Assembly (NCBI GenBank): GCA_964016885.1 | Contig: OZ024742.1 | Span: 356,438,001-356,502,000 of the forward strand | Direction of reading: 5' to 3' | DNA length: 64,000 nt | Origin: Eledone cirrhosa | Taxonomy: Eukaryota | In this document: positions 26,420 to 40,016 of the stretch, in pieces | Numbering within the stretch: position 1 is the stretch's first letter | How the letters are laid out: each line of letters begins with the position of its first letter | The notes under the pieces: model-generated | Databases searched by the model: none | What the model was told of the DNA's origin: nothing | What the model saw: only the letters and a program-made list of their open reading frames with translations | Made by a program: the position numbers and the translations under genes

Positions 26420-27344
26420 AAAAACAAATAACGAAACGAAATTAAATTTCGTTTCGCTTCTAACTCACTTTTGTATGACTGACGCTTAAACAATTAAGTT
26501 AAAGTGTACATCTACATATGTATACGGAAGTACTAGTATGCATATAAATACACATATGTATACATATGCACATGTACCGAGCTTTTCACTAGACACTTTA
26601 CAGTGAGTGTCCAGCTAGTCTGCATGTAAACACACAGACGAACCGGGTTTTAAAGTCATACGGGTTTTCAAAGAAACACATTTCCTCTATTCTCCAGAGA
26701 GCCAGACAGGAATATTGGACTAGTTTTGATGTTATTACATCTCATCAGCAATATATACCTATCTTCTGGCTTCTCTGGAGAATTGTAAAAGCACATATCG
26801 TTATATGCTTTTTCTATGAAAATCAGTAGTGGGCAGACTAATTTGCATAGAACGTGAGTCATTGTACGCGCCAGTTCAGCGGAAACGATAAAAACAAATA
26901 ACGAAACGAAATTAAGTTTCGTTTCGCTTCTAACTCACTTTTGTATGACTGACGCTTAAACAATTAAGCTAAAGTGAACATCTACATATGTATACGGAAG
27001 TACTAGTATGCATATAAATACACATATGTATACATATGTACATGTACCGAGCTTTTCACTAGACACTTTACAGTGAGTGTCCAGCTAGTCTGTATGTAAA
27101 CACACAGACGAACAGGGTTTTAAAGTCATACGGGTTTTCAAGGAAACACATTTCCTCTATTCTCCAGAGAGCCAGACAGGAATATTGGACTAGTTTCGAT
27201 GTTATTACATCTCATCAGCAATATATACCTATCTTCTGGCTTCTCCGGAGAATTGTAGAAGCACATATCGTTATATGCTTTTTCTATGAAAATCAGTAGT
27301 GGGCAAACTAATTTGCATAGAACGTGAGTCATTGTACGCGCCGG
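26420..27344 (-). repeat. HHR repeat family B: 470-bp tandem dimer
   Basis: Period is 470. The minus-strand HHR atattg-CTGATGA-GATGT aata ACATC-GAAAC TA GTC-caatat at 27182-27224 is intact. The copy at 26712-26754 has GAAA>AAAA. Confidence 0.92.
27182..27224 (-). ncRNA. Canonical type I hammerhead ribozyme (family B)
   Basis: Full core with 6-bp stem I, 5-bp stem II closed by G10.1-C11.1, palindromic ACUAGU stem III and a GUC cleavage triplet. Stem I extends into a long rod. Confidence 0.9.
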
Positions 27345-27387
27345 TATATATATATACATGTATATATATATATGTATATATATATAT

Positions 27388-27485
<98 letters not shown>

Positions 27486-27510
27486 GTATATATATAGGTA
27501 TATATATATG

Positions 27511-27595
<85 letters not shown>

Positions 27596-27834
27596 GTAAG
27601 TATTATGTATACGTACATACATATATGTATACAGACGTACAGTAGCATGCATATATATATATATATATATACATATATACATACAGGTACACATACATAT
27701 ATGCACGTATCAGTTTAGCGGACGCTTAATATAACGCCCACTTTGTTCGTTTGTAAACAAACTGAACAGCCTGAATTTATGCCGTACGGTGTTAAGGCAA
27801 CCACGTCACATTTTTGTTCAACACTGACACAGGA

Positions 27835-27877
27835 ACGATGTACTAGTTTCAAGCTTGTCAGCTATCATCAGCACCGT
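27835..27877 (-). ncRNA. Type I hammerhead ribozyme, first family A copy (representative of ~50)
   Basis: acggtg-CTGATGA-tAGCT gaca AGCTt-GAAAC TA GTA-catcgt; the consensus loop in other copies is aaca. Predicted cleavage is between 27841 and 27840. The outer stem gttcaac/gttgaac spans 27816-27902. Confidence 0.85.
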
Positions 27878-27951
27878 ATACCCTTCTGCAAGATAGTTGA
27901 ACGTTCGAAAGTATATACTTTCCTCATGAAAATTAACGGCTGAGCATCCTA

Positions 27952-27959
27952 ATTTGCAT
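27952..27959 (-). promoter_or_regulatory. Octamer motif ATGCAAAT (in most family A units and both family B units)
   Basis: ATTTGCAT on + at 27952, 26841 and 27311. It lies within the conserved block actcac-N4-tatgcaaattag, upstream of the HHR in the sense direction. Confidence 0.45.
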
Positions 27960-28113
27960 ATCGAGTGAGTTAAGTCGGTCAGGTGTACCGAGAACGATAC
28001 GTTGTAATAAAATGAAAACGAAATTTCATTTCTCACTCTTAGTACGGCACTTACTTAAACGTAAGTATGTATGTATACGTACATACATATATGTTTACAG
28101 ACGTACAGTAGCA

Positions 28114-28153
<40 letters not shown>

Positions 28154-29526
28154 TACATACAGGTACACATACATATATGCACGTATCAGTTTAGCGGACG
28201 CTTAATATAACGCCCACTTTGTTCGTTTGTAAACAAACTGAACAGCCTGAATTTATGCCGTAGGTGTTAAGGCAACCACGTCACCTTTTTGTTCAAAACT
28301 GACACAGGAACGATGTACTAGTTTCAAGCTTGTTAGCTATCATCAGCACCGTATACCCTTCTGCCAGATAGTTGAACGTTCGAAAGTATATACTTTCCTT
28401 ATGAAAATTAAAGGCTGAGCAGCCTAATTTGCATATCGAGTGAGTTAAGTCGATCAGGCGTACCGAGAACGATACGTTGTAATAAAATGAAAAAGAAATT
28501 TCATTTCTCACTCTTAATACGGCACTTACCTAAACGTAAGTATGTATGTATACGTACATACATATATGTATACAGACGTACAGTAGCATGCATATATATA
28601 TATACATATATACGTACAGGTACACATACATATATGCACGTATCAGTTTAGCGGACGCTTATTATAACGCCTGCTTTGTTCGTTTGTAAACAAACTGAAC
28701 AGCCTGAATTTATGCCGTACGGTGTTAAGGCAACCACGTCACCTTTTTCTTCAACACTGACACAGGACAGATGTACTAGTTTCAAGCTTGTTAGCTATCA
28801 TCAGCACCGTATACCCTTCTGCCAGATAGTTGAACGTTCGAAAGTATATACTTTCCTTATGAAAATTAACGGCTGAGCAGCCTAATTTGCATATCGAGTG
28901 AGTTAAGTCGGTCAGGCGTACCGAGAACAGTAAGTTGTAATAAAATGAAAACGAAATTTCATTTCTCACTCTTAGTACGGCACTTACTTAAACGTAAGTA
29001 TGTATGTATACGTACATACATATATGTATACAGACGTACAGTAGCATGCATATATATTTATATATATATATATATATATATACATATACACATACAGGTA
29101 CACATACATATATGCACGTATCAGTTTAGCGGACGCTTAATTATAACGCCCGCTTTGTTCGTTTGTAGACAAACTTAACAGCCTGAATTTATGCCGTACG
29201 GTGTTAAGGCAACCACGTGACCTTTTTGTTCAACACTGACACAGGAACGATGTACTAGTTTCAAGCTTGTTAGCTATCATCAGCACCTTTATACCCTTCT
29301 GCCAGATAGTTGAACGTTCGAAAGTATATATTTTCCTCATGAAAATTAACGGCTGAGCAGCCTAATTTGCATATCGAGTGAGTTAAGTCGGTCAGGCGTA
29401 CCGAGAACGATACGTTGTAATAAAATGAAAACGAAATTTCATTTCTCACTCTTAGTACGGCACTTACTTAAACGTAAGTATGTATGTATACGTACATACA
29501 TATATGTATACAGACGTACAGTAGCA

Positions 29527-29568
<42 letters not shown>

Positions 29569-30475
29569 TACATACAGGTACACATACATATATGCACGTA
29601 TCAGTTTAGCGGACGCTTATTCTAACGACCGCTTTGTTCGTTTGTAAACAAAATGAACAGCCTGAATTTATGCCGTATGGTGTTAAGGCAACCACGTCAC
29701 CTTTTTGTTCAACACTGACACAGGAACCATATACTAGTTTCAAGCTTGTTAGCTATCATCAGCACCGTATACCCTTCTGCCAGATAGTTGAACGTTCGAA
29801 AGTATATACTTTCCTAATGAAAATTAACGGCTGAGCAGCCTAATTTGCATATTGAGTGAGTTAAGTCGGCAAGGCGTACCGAGAACGATAAGTTGTAATA
29901 AAATGAAAACGAAATTTCATTTCTCACTCTTAGTACGGCACTTACTTAAACGTAAGTATGTATGTATACGTACATACATATATGTATACAGACGTACAGT
30001 AGCATGCATATATATATATATATATACAATATATACATACAGGTACACATACATATAGGCACGTATCAGTTTAGTGGACGCTTAATCTAACGCCCCCTTT
30101 GTTCGTTTGTAAACAAACTGAACAGCCTGAATTTATGCCGTACGGTGTTAAGGCAACCACGTCACCTTTTTGTTCAACACTGACACAGGAACGATGTACT
30201 AGTTTCAAGCTTGTTAGCTAACTTCAGCACCGTATACCCTTCTGCCAGATAGTTGAACGTCCGAAATTATATACTTTCCTTATGAAAATTAACGGCTGAG
30301 CAGCCTATTTGCACATCGAGTGAGTTTAGTCGGTTAGGCGTACCGAGAAAGATACGTTGTAATAAAATGAAAACGAAATTTCATTACTCACTCTTAGTAC
30401 GGCACTTACTTAAACGTAAGTATGTATGTATACGTACATACATATATGTATACAGACGTACAGTAGCATGCATAT

Positions 30476-30527
<52 letters not shown>

Positions 30528-31444
30528 CATACATATATACATACAGCTACACATACATATATGCACGTATCAGTTTAGCGGACGCTAATTATAACGCCCG
30601 CTTTGTTTGTTTGTAAACAAACTGAACAGTCTGAATTTATGCCGTACGGTGTTAAGGCAACCACGTCACCTTTTTGTTCAACACTGACACAGGAACGATG
30701 TACTAGTTTCAACCTTGTTAGCTATCATCAGCACCGTATAACCTTCTGCCAGATAGTTGAACGTTCGAAAGTATATACCACCTTCCTTATGAAAATTAAC
30801 GGCTGAGCAACATAATTTGCATATCGAGTGAGTTAAGTTGGTCAGGCGTACCGAGAACGATAAATTGTAATAAAATGAAAACGAAATTTCATTTCTCACT
30901 CTTGGCACGGCACTTACTTAAACGTAAGTATATATGTATACGTACATACATATGTGTATACAGACGTACAGTAGCATGCATATTTATATATATATATATA
31001 TATATACATACAGGTACACATACATATATGCACGTATCAGTTTAGCGGACGCTTATTATAACGCCCGCTTTGTTCGTTTGTAAACAAACTGAACAGCCTG
31101 AATTTATGCCGTACGGTGTTAAGGCAACCACGACACCTTTTTGTTGAACACTGACACAGGAACGATGTACTAGTTTCAAGCTTGTTAGCTATCATCAGCA
31201 CCGTATACGCTTCTGCCAGATAGTTGAACGTTCGAAAGTATATACTCTCCTTATGAAAATTAATGGCTGAGCAGCCTAATTTGCATATCGAGTGAGTTAA
31301 GTCGGTCAGGCGTACCGAGAACGATAAGTTGTAATAAAATGAAAACGAAATTTCATTTCTCACTCTTACTACGGCACTTACTTAAACGTAAGTATGTATG
31401 TATACGTACATACATATATGTATACAGACGTACAGTAGCAGGCA

Positions 31445-31526
<82 letters not shown>

Positions 31527-31972
31527 TACATATATACATACAGCTACACATACATATATGCACGTATCAGTTTAGCGGACGCTTATTATAACGCCCGCGT
31601 TGTTTGTTTGTAAACAAACTGAACAGCTTGAATTTATGCCGTACGGTGTTAAGGCAACCTCGTCATCTTTTTGTTCAACACTGACACAGGAACGATGTAC
31701 TAGTTTCAAGCTTGTTAGCTATCATCAGCACCGTATACCCTTCTGCCAGATAGTTGAACGTCCGAAATTATATACTTTCCTTATGAAAATTAACGGCTGA
31801 GCAGCCTAGTTGCATATCGAGTGAGTTCAGTCGGTTAGGCGTACCGAGAAAGATACGTTGTAATAAAATGAAAACGAAATTTCATTACTTACTCTTAGTA
31901 CGGCACTTATTTAAACGTAAGTATGTATGTATACGTACATACATATATGTATACAGACGTACTATAGCATGC

Positions 31973-32081
<109 letters not shown>

Positions 32082-32977
32082 TACATACAGGTACACATAC
32101 ATATATGCACGTATCAGTTTAGCGGACGCGTATTATAACGCCCGCTTTGTTCGTTTGTAAACATACTGAACAGCCTGAATTTATGCCGTACGGTGTTAAC
32201 GCAACCACGTGACCTTTTTGTTCAACACTGACACAGGAACGATGTACTAGTTTCAAGCTTGTTAGCTATCATTAGCACCGAATACCCTTCTGCCAGATAG
32301 TTGAACGTTCGAAAGTATATACTTTCTTTATGAAAATTAACGGCCTAGTAGCCTAATTTGCATATCAAGTGAGTTAAGTCGGTCAGGCGTACCGAGAACG
32401 ATACGTTGTAATAAAATGAAAACGAAATTTCATTTCTCACTCTTAGTACGGCACTTACTTAAACGTAATTATGTATGTATACGTACATACATATATGTAT
32501 ACAGACGTACAGTAACATGCATATATATATATATACATATATACATACAGGTACACATACATATATGCACGTATCAGTTTAGCGGACGCTTATTATAACG
32601 CCCGCTTTGTTTGTGTGTAAACAAACTGAACAGCCTGAATTTATGCCGTACGGTGTTAATGCAACAACGTCACCTTTTTGTTCAACACTGACACAGGAAC
32701 GATGTACTAGTTTCAAGCTTGTTAGCAATTATCAGCACCGTATACCCTTCTGCCAGATAGTTGAACGTTCGAAAGTATATACTTTCCTTATGAAAATTAA
32801 CGGCTGAGCAGCCTAATTTGCATATCGAGTGAGTTAAGTCGGTCAGGCGTACCGAGAACGATAAGTTGTAATAAAATGAAAACGAAATTTCATTTCTCAC
32901 TCTTAGTACGGCACTTACTTAAACGTAAGTATGTATGTCTACGTACATACATATATGTATACAGACGTACAGTAGCA

Positions 32978-33037
<60 letters not shown>

Positions 33038-33621
33038 CAGGTACACATACATATATGCACGTATCAGTATATACTTTACTTTCCTTATGAAAATTAACGG
33101 CTAAGCAACATAATTTGCATATCGAGTGAGTTAAGTCGGTCAGGCGTACCGAGAGCGATAAGTTGTAATAAAATGAAAACGAAATTTCATTTCTCACTCT
33201 TAATACGGCACTTACTTAAACGTAAGTATGTATGTATACGTACATACATATATGTATACAGACGTACAGTAGCATGCATATTTATATATATATATATAGA
33301 GAGAGAGAGAGAAAATTGAGGTTGGTAATGGCACATGGAATATATAAGAGACAGAATACTTTTTTGTGAGAAAACATAATTTTATAAGGTAAGGAAATAA
33401 TAAAGGGTATAAAAAATGACCGGTTTCGATGGGTCTGTAAAAGCCATCTTTTCAAATGTTGATTAATATTAAGAAAAATTAATAATACGAAGAGTTAAAA
33501 TTTGAGACTTGAAAATTCAAGTATAAAATTCATTGTGGGATTTCATAGCAGTTTTCATCTAGGTAGCAACAAGTTGTCTGCTGTGTGCCTTTCTGGTAGT
33601 GAATGAGAAGTTATTTGGGGT

Positions 33622-35322
33622 GTGGGTTATTTTATAAGCCACTTCAAATGCAATACAAGCTCTTTTTACGGCTTACCGAAACTTCACAAATGTAAACCCA
33701 TAAACGATGCATGTGACACCTCAACCAACAATTACATTGAACTAACACCACCAGAAGACCTAAAACTCAGGCCAATTATAGCAGGCCCTACATGTGAAAC
33801 CCACAGACTATGCAACTTTCTGGACATCCTACTGAAACCCTTTCTACAACATATACAGAGCTACATACGAGATGACCTTGACATGCTGAAACACCTCCCT
33901 AAAACAGTAAGTGCAAATACAATTCTTGTCTCCTTTGACGTAATAAACCTCTACACAAACATACCTCACAACTATGGAATAACAGCAGTCCAATACTGGC
34001 TTAACACACACCCATCAGAAATACCGACACGCATCAACACAGATTTTATCACTGACGGACTCCGCTTTATCCTACAAAATAACTACTTCACATTCAATGG
34101 TTCAACATACAGACAAGTATCAGGTACGGCAATGGGCACGAAAGTAGCACCCACATATGCCAACCTAGTCATGGGATTCCATGAACAACAAATATACAAT
34201 CAGTCCCTTCTCTTATTTGGAGACTCTTTCCACACACACCTCAAAGCCAATTGGAAAATATATCTAGACGACTGCTTTATCCTATGGCAAGAAGACATGA
34301 ACTCACTTACTACGTTTAAAAACATGATAAACAACATAGATAATAACATACAATTCACAATGGAATCCAATCCTAAGGAATTAGCCTTCTTGGATATTCT
34401 CATCTCTGTAATAGACGGGAAATTAGATACAGATATATTCTATAAACCCACAGATTCCAAGCAATACATCTTTTTCACATCAAATCACCCAAAACATACA
34501 AAACTTAACATTCCTTACAATTTGGCCAAACGTATATGTACCATAGTATCAGATCCACCTAAACGGGAGCAAAGACTAAAGGAACTAACAGACACCCTTA
34601 TCTTAAGAGCCTTTCCACTTGAAATAATCAACAATGGAATAGACAGGGCAAAACACCCAAATCCCCATCAACTTAACAATCCAAAACAGAAAACCACACT
34701 CAACACCCTGCCATATGTATCCACTTTCAACCCCAGAAATACCGAAATGTTTGATCACCTACACAAAAACCTCCCCATCCTACTTAAAGATGTAAAAATG
34801 AAGTCTATTCTTGAAACACACAAGATCCTTAAAAGTAAAAGACAACCCAAATCACTTAAATGCATTCTCACTGGACCAAATATACCCAAACCAATCCTCA
34901 ACTCTACAGTTACCAAATGTGGTAGAACAAACTGTGGAACGTGCCTCTACCTCACTGAAGGACAAACATTTACATTCAAAGATGGCCAAACATTTACAGT
35001 AAAAAACAATTTCACCTGCAACTCGGAGAACTTGATTTACGCAATAACTTGCGGTGGGTGCAAACACAACTACATAGGACAGACGGGCACCTCATTACGC
35101 AAAAGAATGACCATCCACCGCCAACAAATCCGGGACGCTAACACAAGAAAAATCCCCTTGAGCAGCCATATTGCGAACTGCGCAGGAATGACACTACCCA
35201 ACTTTTAAATCTTCCCCTTCTACAAGTGCTCAGATTCGTTCACACAACAACAAAGAATAAACAAAGAAAATCTATTCCTTAACAAATTTAAACCAAAACT
35301 AAACGGGTTATCACCCCAATAG
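33622..35322 (+). pseudogene. PLE reverse transcriptase + Cys linker + GIY-YIG endonuclease
   Basis: Motifs FYGLPKLHK, LRPII, SFDVINLYTNIP, GTAMGTKVAPTYANL, IYLDDCF, FLDI, YKPTD, CGRTNCGTC and LIYAITC..C...YIGQTG. There is a premature TAA at 35206-08; the frame continues ..KENLFLNKFKPKLN to TAG at 35320-22. The first few codons derive from the inverted arm. Confidence 0.93.
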
Positions 35323-35898
35323 AATTGTCATAAAATATAAACACACATACGCACGGAATCACTACTATTAAAGACCAGAGACCAATTCTGTAGAATCAGG
35401 TTTATTCATTGACAGACCATGCCTTTGTGTGACCAACACATCCATGTTAAACCCTGCACGTGCACACACATATATCTATATATATATGCGCACACAGAAT
35501 TCACCACTGTCGGTTGCGGGGCCCAATCTACATGAAGAAATCAATGTGATCAGAATGACTTGTATTTTAATTTCACTGCCCCAACTTCTTATATTATGGA
35601 AAAAATATATGTGTCTGTATGTATATATATATATATATATTTGAAGGCCATTTCTCTGTGTGTGGGTGTATGTATGTGTATATGTGTGTGTGTGTGTATG
35701 TGTGTGCATGTGGATGTATGTATTGTGTGTGCGTGTGTGTGTGTGTGTGTGTATGTATGTGGGTATCTGGATGTATGCGTATGTGTGTATATATATATAT
35801 ATATATATGCGTGTGTGTGTATATATATGTGTGTGTGTGTGTGTGTTTGTATGTGTGTATGTATATATATATGTGTGTGTGTGTGTATGTATGTGTGG

Positions 35899-35960
<62 letters not shown>

Positions 35961-36021
35961 ATGTGTATATATGTGTGTGTGTGTATGTGTGTATGTATAT
36001 GTATGTGTGTGTGTATGTATG

Positions 36022-36075
<54 letters not shown>

Positions 36076-36435
36076 TATATGTATATGTATGTATGTGTGG
36101 ATGAAGGTATGTGTGTATATATAGGTGTGAGTGCACTAAATCCCTTTCTATCACGCTCCACTCTCCTACCCATCACAGGAAGATATGTGTATGTATATTG
36201 CTTCCACCCCCTCACTGACCAGCAGCTGGCCAGTTGGTGATTGCTAAATCTGACCTTTATAAAATAACCCACACCCCAAATAACTTCTCATTCACTACCA
36301 GAAAGGGACACAGCAGTCAACCTGTTGTTGCTACCTAGATGAAAACTGCTATGAAATCCCACAATGAATTTTATACTTGAATTTTCAAGTCTCAAATTTT
36401 AACTCTTCGCATTATTAATTTTTCTTAATATTAAT

Positions 36436-36486
36436 CAACATTTGAAAAGATGGCTTTTGCAGACCCATCGAAACCGGTCATTTTTT
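36436..36486 (+). ncRNA. HHR variant (U3:A8 core) in the PLE terminal repeat; mirror copy at ~33412-33462
   Basis: TTGAAAA-gatgg..ccatc-GAAACCGGTC with palindromic ACCGGT. Stem I is weak. Confidence 0.55.
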
Positions 36487-36621
36487 ATACCCTTTATTAT
36501 TTCCTTACCTTATAAAATTATGTTTTCTCACAAAAAAGTATTCTGTCTCTTATATATTCCATGTGCCATTACCAACCTCAATTTTCTCTATAACCTTCGT
36601 TTTGTGTAGAAAATTACACTC

Positions 36622-36657
<36 letters not shown>

Positions 36658-37548
36658 CAGCTACACATACATATATGCACGTATCAGTTTAGCGGACGCT
36701 TATTATAACGCCCGCTTTGTTCGTTTGTAAACAAACTGAACAGCCTGAATTTATGCCGTACGGTGTTAAGGTAACCTCGTCATCTTTTTGTTCAACACTG
36801 ACACATGAACGATGTACTAGTTTCAAGCTTGTTAGCTATCATCAGCACCGTATACCCTTCTGGCAGATAGTTGAACGTCCGAAAGTATATACTTTCTTTA
36901 TGAAAATTAACGGCTGAGCAGCCTAATTTGCATATCGAGTGAGCTCAGTCGGTTAGGCGTACCGAGAAAGATACGTTGTAATAAAATGAAAACGAAATTT
37001 CATTACTCACTTTTAGTACGGCACTTACTTAAACGTAAGTATGTATGTATACGTACATACATATATGTATACAGACGTACAGTAGCATGCATATATATAT
37101 ATATTTACATATATACATACAGCTACACATACATATATGCACGTATCAGTTTAGCGGACGCTTATTATAACGCCCGCTTTGTTTGTTTGTAATCAAACTG
37201 AACAGCCTGAATTTATGCCGTACGGTGTTAAGGTAACCTCGTCACCTTTTTGTTCAACACTGACACAGGAACGATGTACTAGTGTCAAGCTTGTTAGCTA
37301 TCATCAGCACCGTTGCCCATCTGCCAGATAGTTGAACGTTCGAAAGTATATACTTTCCTTATGAAAATTAACGGCTGAGCAGCCTAATTTGCATATCGAG
37401 TGAGTTATGTCGGTCAGGCGTACCGAGAAAGATACGTTGTAATAAAATGAAAACGAAATTTCATTTCTCACTCTTAATACGGCACTTACTTAAACGTAAG
37501 TATGTATGTATACGTACATACATATATGTATACAGACGTACAGTAGCA

Positions 37549-37588
<40 letters not shown>

Positions 37589-38952
37589 TACATACAGGTA
37601 CACATACATATATGCACGTATCAGTTTAGCGGACGCTTATTATAACGCCCGCTTTGTTTGTTTGTAAACAAACTGAACAGCCTGAATTTATGCCGTACGG
37701 TGTTAAGGTAACCTCGTCATCTTTTTGTTCAACACTGACACATGAACGATGTACTAGTTTCAAGCTTGTTAGCTATCATCAGCACCGTATACCCTTCTGC
37801 CAGATAGTTGAACGTCCGAAAGTATATACTTTCTTTATGAAAATTAACGGCTGAGCAGCCTAATTTGCATATCGAGTGAGCTCAGTCGGTTAGGCGTACC
37901 GAGAAAGATACGTTGTAATAAAATGAAAACGAAATTTCATTACTCACTTTTAGTACGGCACTTACTTAAACGTAAGTATGTATGTATACGTACATACATA
38001 TATGTATACAGACGTACAGTAGCATGCATATATATATATATATATTTACATATATACATACAGCTACACATACATATATGCACGTATCAGTTTAGCGGAC
38101 GCTTATTATAACGCCCGCTTTGTTTGTTTGTAATGAAACTGAACAGCCTGAATTTATGCCGTATGGTGTTAAGGTAGCCTCGTCACCTTTTTGTTCAACA
38201 CTGACACAGGAACGATGTACTAGTGTCAAGCTTGTTAGCTATCATCAGCACCGTATGCCCATCTGCCAGATAGTTGAACGTTCGAAAGTATATACTGTCT
38301 TTATGAAAATTAACGGCTGAGCAGCCTAATTTGCATATCGAGTGAGCTCAGTCGGTTAGGCGTACCGAGAAAGATACGTTGTAATAAAATGAAAACGAAA
38401 TTTCATTACTCACTTTTAGTACGGCACTTACTTAAACGTAAGTATGTATGTATACGTACATACATATATGTATACAGACGTACAGTAGCATGCATATATA
38501 TATATATTTACATATATACATACAGCTACACATACATATATGCACGTATCAGTTTAGCGGACGCTTATTATAACGCCCGCTTTGTTTGTTTCTAAACAAA
38601 CTGAACAGCCTGAATTTATGCCGTACGGTGTTAATGCAACCACGTCACCTTTTTGTTCAACACTGACACAGGAACGATGTACTAGTTTCAAGCTTGTTAG
38701 CTATTATCAGCACCGTATACCCTTCTCTCCAGATAGTTGAACGTTCGAAAGTATAACTTTCCTTATGAAAATTAACGGCTGAGCAGCCTAATTTGCATAT
38801 CGAGTGAGTTAAGTCGGTCAGGCGTACCGAGAACGATAAGTTGTAATAAAATGAAAACGAAATTTCATTTCTCACTCTTAGTACGGCACTTACTTAAACG
38901 TAAGTATGTATGTCTACGTACATACATATATGTATACAGACGTACAGTAGCA

Positions 38953-39014
<62 letters not shown>

Positions 39015-39450
39015 TACATACAGGTACACATACATATATGCACGTATCAGTTTAGCGGACGCTTATTATAACGCCCGCTTTGTTTGTTTGTGAACAAACT
39101 GAACAGCCTGAATTTATGCCGTACGGTGTTAATGCAACCACGTCACCTTTTTGTTCAACACTGACACAGGAACGATGTACTAGTTTCAAGCTTGTTAGCT
39201 ATTATCAGCACCGTATACCCTTCTCTCCAGATAGTTGAACGTTCGAAAGTATAACTTTCCTTATGAAAATTAACGGCTGAGCAGCCTAATTTGCATATCG
39301 AGTGAGTTAAGTCGGTCAGGCGTACCGAGAACGATAAGTTGTAATAAAATGAAAACGAAATTTCATTTCTCACTCTTAGTACGGCACTTACTTAAACGTA
39401 AGTATGTATGTCTACGTACATACATATATGTATACAGACGTACAGTAGCA

Positions 39451-39544
<94 letters not shown>

Positions 39545-39983
39545 TACATACAGGTACACATACATATATGCACGTATCAGTTTAGCGGACGCTTATTATA
39601 ACGCCCGCTTTGTTCGTTTGTAAACAAACTGAACAGCCTGAATTTATGCCGTACGGTGTTAATGCAACCACGTCACCTTTTTGTTCAACACTGACACAGG
39701 AACGATGTACTAGTGTCAAGCTTGTTAGCTATCGTCAGCACCGTATACCCTTCTGCCAGATAGTTGAACGTTCGAAAGTATATACTTTCCTTATGAAAAT
39801 TAACGGCTGAGCAGCCTAATTTGCATATCGAGTGAGTTAAGTCGGTCAGGCGTACCGAGAACAGTAAGTTGTAATAAAATGAAAACGAAATTTCATTTCT
39901 CACTCTTAGTACGGCACTTACTTAAACGTAAGTATGTATGTATACGTAAATACATATATGTATACAGACGTACAGTAGCATGC

Positions 39984-40016
<33 letters not shown>

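Larger units (their letters stand above)
33308..36624 (+). mobile_element. Penelope-like element (Neptune-like), 5'-truncated, with an inverted terminal repeat, inserted in the (TA)n of a family A monomer
   Basis: 33308-33637 is the reverse complement of 36257-36589. The element has an RT+GIY-YIG ORF. The satellite monomer resumes in register after 36625. Confidence 0.93.
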
